DNA from: the human T2T-CHM13v2.0 reference genome, Homo sapiens
Direction: 5' to 3' (one strand)
Length of the DNA: 64,000 nt
Assembly: GCF_009914755.1 (NCBI RefSeq)
Contig: NC_060937.1
How positions within the stretch are numbered: the first letter of the stretch is position 1; each line of letters starts with the position of its first letter. Position numbers and translations under genes: made by a program. The notes beneath the pieces are model-generated. The model did no database searches. It was not told where the DNA came from and worked only from the letters and a program-made list of their open reading frames with translations. Shown here piece after piece: positions 59,250 to 64,000 of this stretch.

Positions 59250-59775
59250 AAGGAAACCGATTTTTTAAATGAAAGGAAAGAAAATTACCTGACTTGGCTG
59301 AATGGCCCCATGTGGTCTCTCATTCTCCAGTAGGCTACTTCAGGCCTGTTCACGTGACGGCAGAGGCAAGAGTCCCAGGAGCGGCAACAAAACAATGCAA
59401 ATCCTCTTCCGGCCCAGGCTCAAAATTATATATTACTTCTACCCCATTTTATTGGACAATGCAAATTACACTACCAGTCTGGATTCAAGGAGTAGAAAAT
59501 AAACTCCAACTCTTGATGGAAGGAACTATAAAGAATTGTGGCGGTTTTTGATAGTCTACCATAGGGAGGAAAGATGGGGATGCTATAACCCAAAATGTGT
59601 ATTCTTAGGTTGAGATCCTAAATTATAGTCAGGGCATATGGCTTTAGGCTCTGTGGATGACTAAATTAATTTCAAACATATAATGCTGTTTACTGTGAAG
59701 TGCCAGCTGAAAGGATCATTGTTTAATTTTATGTAATTTACAATACTTATTATACCTCAATAAAAATGTAATTAT
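59250..59775 (+). mobile_element. L1 3'-end fragment (ends '...ttatacctcaataaaaatgtaatt')
   Basis: The terminal 'tatacctcaataaa' motif is characteristic of L1 3' ends. The upstream sequence is diverged. Confidence 0.35.
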
Positions 59776-61742
59776 TGAGGGCTGGCATCAGTTGCCGAGA
59801 GGTGGAAGGAGTACCTCTCTGCAGTGTGTTAACTCAGTTCCGGACAGGACAGGGCTGCAAGTTCAGCTACTTCCCAGATAATGTCCTGGATCCCCTGCCT
59901 GAGTCATCATCCCATGACTGGAGAACGTGGACAGATTATTTTATCAAGAAACTGGTGATAAACGAGGGACTATAGGAATTAAGAACTAAGGCTAGAAAAG
60001 AAATGTTTAGAGTGATGCAAGATGGCCAATTAGAAGCAGCTGCAGTCTGCCGCGCTCACAAAGAGGAATGAAAAGGGGCGAGGGAATTCAGCACCTTCAA
60101 CTGAGACAACCAGGTTCTCACATTAGGACTGACTAGATGAACAGGTCGACCAATGGAGAATGAAGACAAGCAGGCAGAGGGTGCGATGGCCCAGCCAGGG
60201 GTGGCGTGGAGCCAAAGGAACCCCCACTCCCAGCCAAGGGAAGCAGTGAGTGAGTGTGCAGTCCTGCCCGGGAAACCGTGCTTCTCCCATGGATCTTTGC
60301 AAGCCATGGATCAGGAGATTCCTTGTGAGCCCATGCCACCAGGGCCGTGGGTCTGATACACAGACCTGTATGGAGTCTGGGCACATCAGCTCAGGCACAC
60401 ACAGAAACCCAGGAGTTTTACACACTCTAGCCTCCGGGATCTTCAGCACAGTAGGAAATCTGTCCGTACGCATCTCTGGGAAGGGGGCTGAATCCAGGAA
60501 GCCAGGCAGCGTCATTCTGCAGGCCCCATTTCCATAGCACCTCACAAGTTAAGACCCACTGACTTGGAATCCTAGCCTGCCAACAGCAGCGGGTTGGAAT
60601 CCACCTCAGATGGGTCTGAGTTCCCAGGGAGGTGGGGAGAGGCAGCCGGCACCACTGTGGTTCATAGACTCAGCCACTCCAGCCTGCCAGCTATGGAGAA
60701 TACAGACAGTCTGGACAAGGAAGAGTTCCCCACAACACAGCACAGCTGGCTTGCCAGATCATGACCAGACTGCTTCTTTAAGCAGGACCCCCATCCATTC
60801 CTCCTCACTGGGCAGGAATCCCTGTGGGGGCTTTAACCACTCCAGCAACGGTTCTATGGACAGAGCTTTGATCTCTCCCTGAAATGGAGCTCCTGGCGGG
60901 AGGGGCAGCTGCCATCTCTGCAGTTTGGTCAACTCAGCCACTCCAACCTGCTGGCTTTGGAGAATACAGGTGGTCCGGAGGAGGAAGGATCCCCCACAAT
61001 GCAGCACACCTGCTCTACCCCAAAGCAGCCAGACTGCTTCTTTGGATGGGTCCCTGATCCCATGCCTCCTGACAGGGTGAGAATGCCCAACAGGGGTCTC
61101 CAGCCACCTCCTGCAGGTATGTGTGGGCTGGCTACAGGTCAGTATCCCCCTGGGATGGAGCTTCCAAAGGAAGGAGCTGGCTGCCATCTTTGCTGTTTTT
61201 CAGCCTTCACTGGTAATACCTCATTCAGAGTCTATGAGGAACTTAAATTTACAAGAAAAAAACAACCCCATTAAAAAGTGGGCAAAGGATCTGAACAACA
61301 CTTCCCAAAAGAGACATGCATGCAGTCAACAAAAATATGAAAAAAAAGCTCAACATCACTGATCATTAAAGAAATGCAAACAAAATCACAATGAGATACC
61401 ATCTCATGCCAGTCAGAATGACTATTATTAAAAAGCCAAAAAACAACAGATGCTGGGAACATTGTGGAGAAAAAGGAATGCTTTTACACTGTTGGTGGGT
61501 GTGTAAATTAGTTCAACCCATGTGGAAGACAGTGTGGCAATTCCTCAAAGACTTAGAGGCAGAAATACCATCAGACCCAGCAATCCCATTATGGGGTATA
61601 TACCCAAAGGAATATAAATCATTGTCTTATAAAAATACATGCATGCACACGTATGTTCATTGCAACAGTATTCACAATAGCAAAGACATGGAATCAACCT
61701 AAATGCCAGTCAATGATAGATTGGATAAAGAAAATGTGGAAC

Positions 61743-62774
61743 ATAGAGCAGGACGTGAGGCTTCTGAGCGAGAACATTTGTAGTGCCAGTGACGAAAGAG
61801 AGAATTTGAGAGATATTGAGATGTTGAGAAAGAGAGATGTTGAGAAAGGCAAGAAGATTTTTGTTCAGAAGTGTGCCCAGTGCCACACCATGGAAAATGG
61901 AGGCAAGCACAAGACTGGGCCTAATCTCCATGGTCTCTTCAGGTGGAAGATAGGTCAGGCCATTGGATTATCTTACATAGACACCGATAAGAACAAAGGC
62001 ATCACCTGGGGAGAGGATACACTGATGAAGTATTTTGAGAATCCCAGGAAGTACATTCCTGGAACAAAAATGATCTTTTCCAGCATTAAGAAGAAGGCAG
62101 AAAGGGCAGACTTGATAACTTATCTCAAAAAAGCTGCTAGGGAGTAATAATTGGCCACTGCCTTATATTGCAAAACAGAAATGTCTCATGACTTTTTTAT
62201 GTGTACCATAATTTAATAGATCTCATACACCAGAGTTCAGATTATGAATGACTGTCAGAATATTTTGTTGGGCAGTCCTGATTTAAAACTAAGACTGGCT
62301 TGTGGTTAAATGAATAAGTTTGGTTTTTGAATATTAATAGTAATTCCAATTCAGTGAATGCTATCACTGTTTACCCCTTCTAAAGATATGATTAGACTTT
62401 GTTAATAATGTTTAAGATGGTGAGTACCATCTTAAAACTTATTGGAGATTGGTTTTATATTTATATTTATATTGGTTTATATTTAGATTTATATGACTGG
62501 TTATGTGAATATATTTAAATACTGGGGAAATTCCTTCACTGTCTCAGAACCAAGCAAGATGCACCTGTGTTTTGTGTTTATTTGCCTCTTAAAGGCAAGG
62601 GTTGAAGATAAGGTAGCAATGTCTTCTTTGTATTGTTGGCCTTAACTATGCCAGTGTCATTAGAATTCCCTGTATTTAAGATGGTTCCTTTTACTTATTC
62701 AAAGGCATTTTAGTGTGGTTTATGTGTAATATCAAATAAAGATTATTTAACACTTAAAAAAACAACAACAAAAA
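61743..62774 (+). pseudogene. CYCS: Cytochrome c (somatic) processed pseudogene: 5' UTR remnant, complete 105-codon coding region without a functional ATG, full 3' UTR, AATAAA and poly(A); flanked by a 15-bp TSD
   Basis: Translation '[103 protein letters not shown]' matches cytochrome c along its whole length, including the heme-binding CxxCH. It is intronless. The 3' UTR 'taataattggccactgccttat...aaacagaaatgtctcatgacttttttatgtgtacca' matches CYCS mRNA. 'atcaaataaagattatttaacac' carries the AATAAA, followed by an A-rich tail. TSD: agaaaatgtggaaca (61728-61742) and agaaaatgtggtaca (62775-62789). Confidence 0.92.
61836..62147 (+). pseudogene. CYCS: Coding remnant of the cytochrome c retrocopy (in frame, no internal stop, initiator ATG-GGT lost)
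   Basis: Runs from 'gatgttgagaaaggcaagaag' to stop taa at 62145-62147. It is preceded by a tandem duplication 'gatgttgagaaag aga gatgttgagaaagg' that replaces the start codon. It reads in frame with upstream L1 sequence (ORF 61653-62147). Confidence 0.85.
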
Positions 62775-63239
62775 AGAAAATGTGGTACACAAACACCATG
62801 AGAAACTGTGCAGCCATAAAAAGGAATGAGATTACATCCTTTGCAGAGACATGGATGGAGCTGGAAGCTGATATCCTCAGCAAACTAACACAGGGACAGA
62901 AAACCAAACATCGCATGTTCTCACTTACATGCGGGAGCTGACAATGAGAACACATGAGCACACAATGGGGAACAACACACACTGGGGCCTGTGGGGAGGG
63001 AGGGGATGGGGGAAGGAGAGCATCAGGAAGAATAGCTAATGGATGCTGGGCTTAATACCTAGGGACGGGATGATCTGCAGCCAACCACCATGGCACACGT
63101 TTACCTGTGTAGCACACCTGCACATCCTCCACATGTACCCCTGAACCTAAAAGTTGAAGTAAAAAAGATATATAAAATTATCTGTATATACATATGCCCT
63201 GATATAAGTATACATTATATATGCATGCATCTATAACCA

Positions 63240-64000
63240 CATTTTTATTGAGGTATAACATATATGGTAGGTTGCACTAATCAAGTATATATCTTGATGA
63301 TATTATACCTAAGTATATATATGCATGTAACCAACACCTCTATCAATATATTGGTCTATGACTGACCTCCAATTAATTGTAAAGATATAGAGTGTTAAGG
63401 TTCATGTTTTTCACATAGCTCTCAATTCCTCCTGTACCATTTATTGTAAAGAGCATAATTTCCACCAATGAATCGCAGAGGTGCATTTATTGCAAATAAA
63501 GTGAATATATATGTGTAGGTCTGTTTCTGGGCTTTTTCTTTCATTACGACTGTCTATACTTAAGTCCAGACCACAGTTTTAATTATTCTGGCTTTATAGT
63601 GACTCTTGAGAACTTGTGTATAAGTCTTCCAACTTTGTACTTCTTTGTTTAAAAACTATCTTGGCTCTCCTAGATTTTTTGAATTTCCATATAAATTTTA
63701 GAATCATCTTGGCAATTTACATACACACACACCCCCCAAACCCACACACACATACAATATCTAAAATTGTTGAGATTTCCAACTCATGAACATAATATAT
63801 CTCTCTACTGAGGTCTTCTTTGATTTCTTTTAGCAATGTTTGTAGTGTACAGGTTTTACACATCTTTTGTTAGTTTTATTTCTACGCAGTTGATATATTT
63901 TTATGCCATTTTAAATGACATTTGAAGATCTTCATTTTCTAAATATTTGCAGTTGGTATATAGGAACATAACTAATTTTTGTATATTGACTTTTGTTCAT
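63240..64000 (-). mobile_element. Old L1 (L1M-like) 3' portion, antisense; extends beyond the window end
   Basis: 'atttttattgaggtataacatatatgg' is the reverse complement of the L1 terminal 'tatacctcaataaaaat'. Further in, the reverse complement of 'gaacataatatatctctctactgaggtcttctttgatttcttttagcaatg' matches L1 ORF2 '...lkkEIkEDLNKWRDIPCSW'. Confidence 0.5.

Larger units (their letters stand above)
59990..63180 (+). mobile_element. Internally deleted LINE-1: older-type 5' UTR (about 59990-61235) joined directly to the ORF2 C-terminal region and 3' UTR; hosts a nested processed pseudogene
   Basis: 5' UTR-like 'gcaagatggccaattagaagcagctgcagtctgc' with internally repeated blocks. At 61235 it switches to 'aatttacaagaaaaaaacaaccccattaaaaagtgggcaaaggatctgaacaa...gataccatctcatgccagtcagaatg...ttttacactgttggtgggtgtgtaaattagttcaacc...gattggataaagaaaatgtgg', which is the L1 ORF2 C-terminal region. 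L1 resumes at 62775 'agaaaatgtggtacacaaacaccatgagaaactgtgcagccataaaaaggaatgag...' and runs to the L1 terminus at ~63180. Confidence 0.5.

Overview
This window is primate, almost certainly human or great-ape, nuclear DNA, not a prokaryotic locus. I see no operon-like or defence-system structure and do not claim one. It is a mosaic of retroelement relics (Alu, L1PA and older L1, LTR12/HERV9, HERV-L, HERV-K-type LTRs, THE1), microsatellites and minisatellites. The middle of the window (about 15-28 kb and 45-56 kb) is a GC-rich, VNTR-dense tract. Its six-frame ORFs are composition or repeat artefacts, not genes.

The most interesting items, all read directly from the sequence:
- A cytochrome c (CYCS) processed pseudogene at 61743-62774 carrying ancestral, rodent-like residues. 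It sits inside an internally deleted L1 and is flanked by a 15-bp target-site duplication.
- A HERV-L provirus on the minus strand (about 2590-14542). It has a tRNA-Leu(UAA) primer-binding site and protease/RT/RNase H motifs, and is split by a 5.6-kb L1PA insertion.
- Two solo HERV-K-type LTRs in opposite orientations, each with its own 6-bp target-site duplication. One of them split an Alu.
- A 2.2-kb CA-rich minisatellite and several other tandem arrays.
- An LTR12 that abuts a CpG-rich segment containing a consensus splice donor.
- Several AT-rich patches that have kept their CpGs and are full of homeodomain-type TAAT motifs. These may be conserved noncoding elements.

Every family assignment comes from my own recognition of the sequence, with no database search. 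RepeatMasker/Dfam and BLAT should be used to confirm them.
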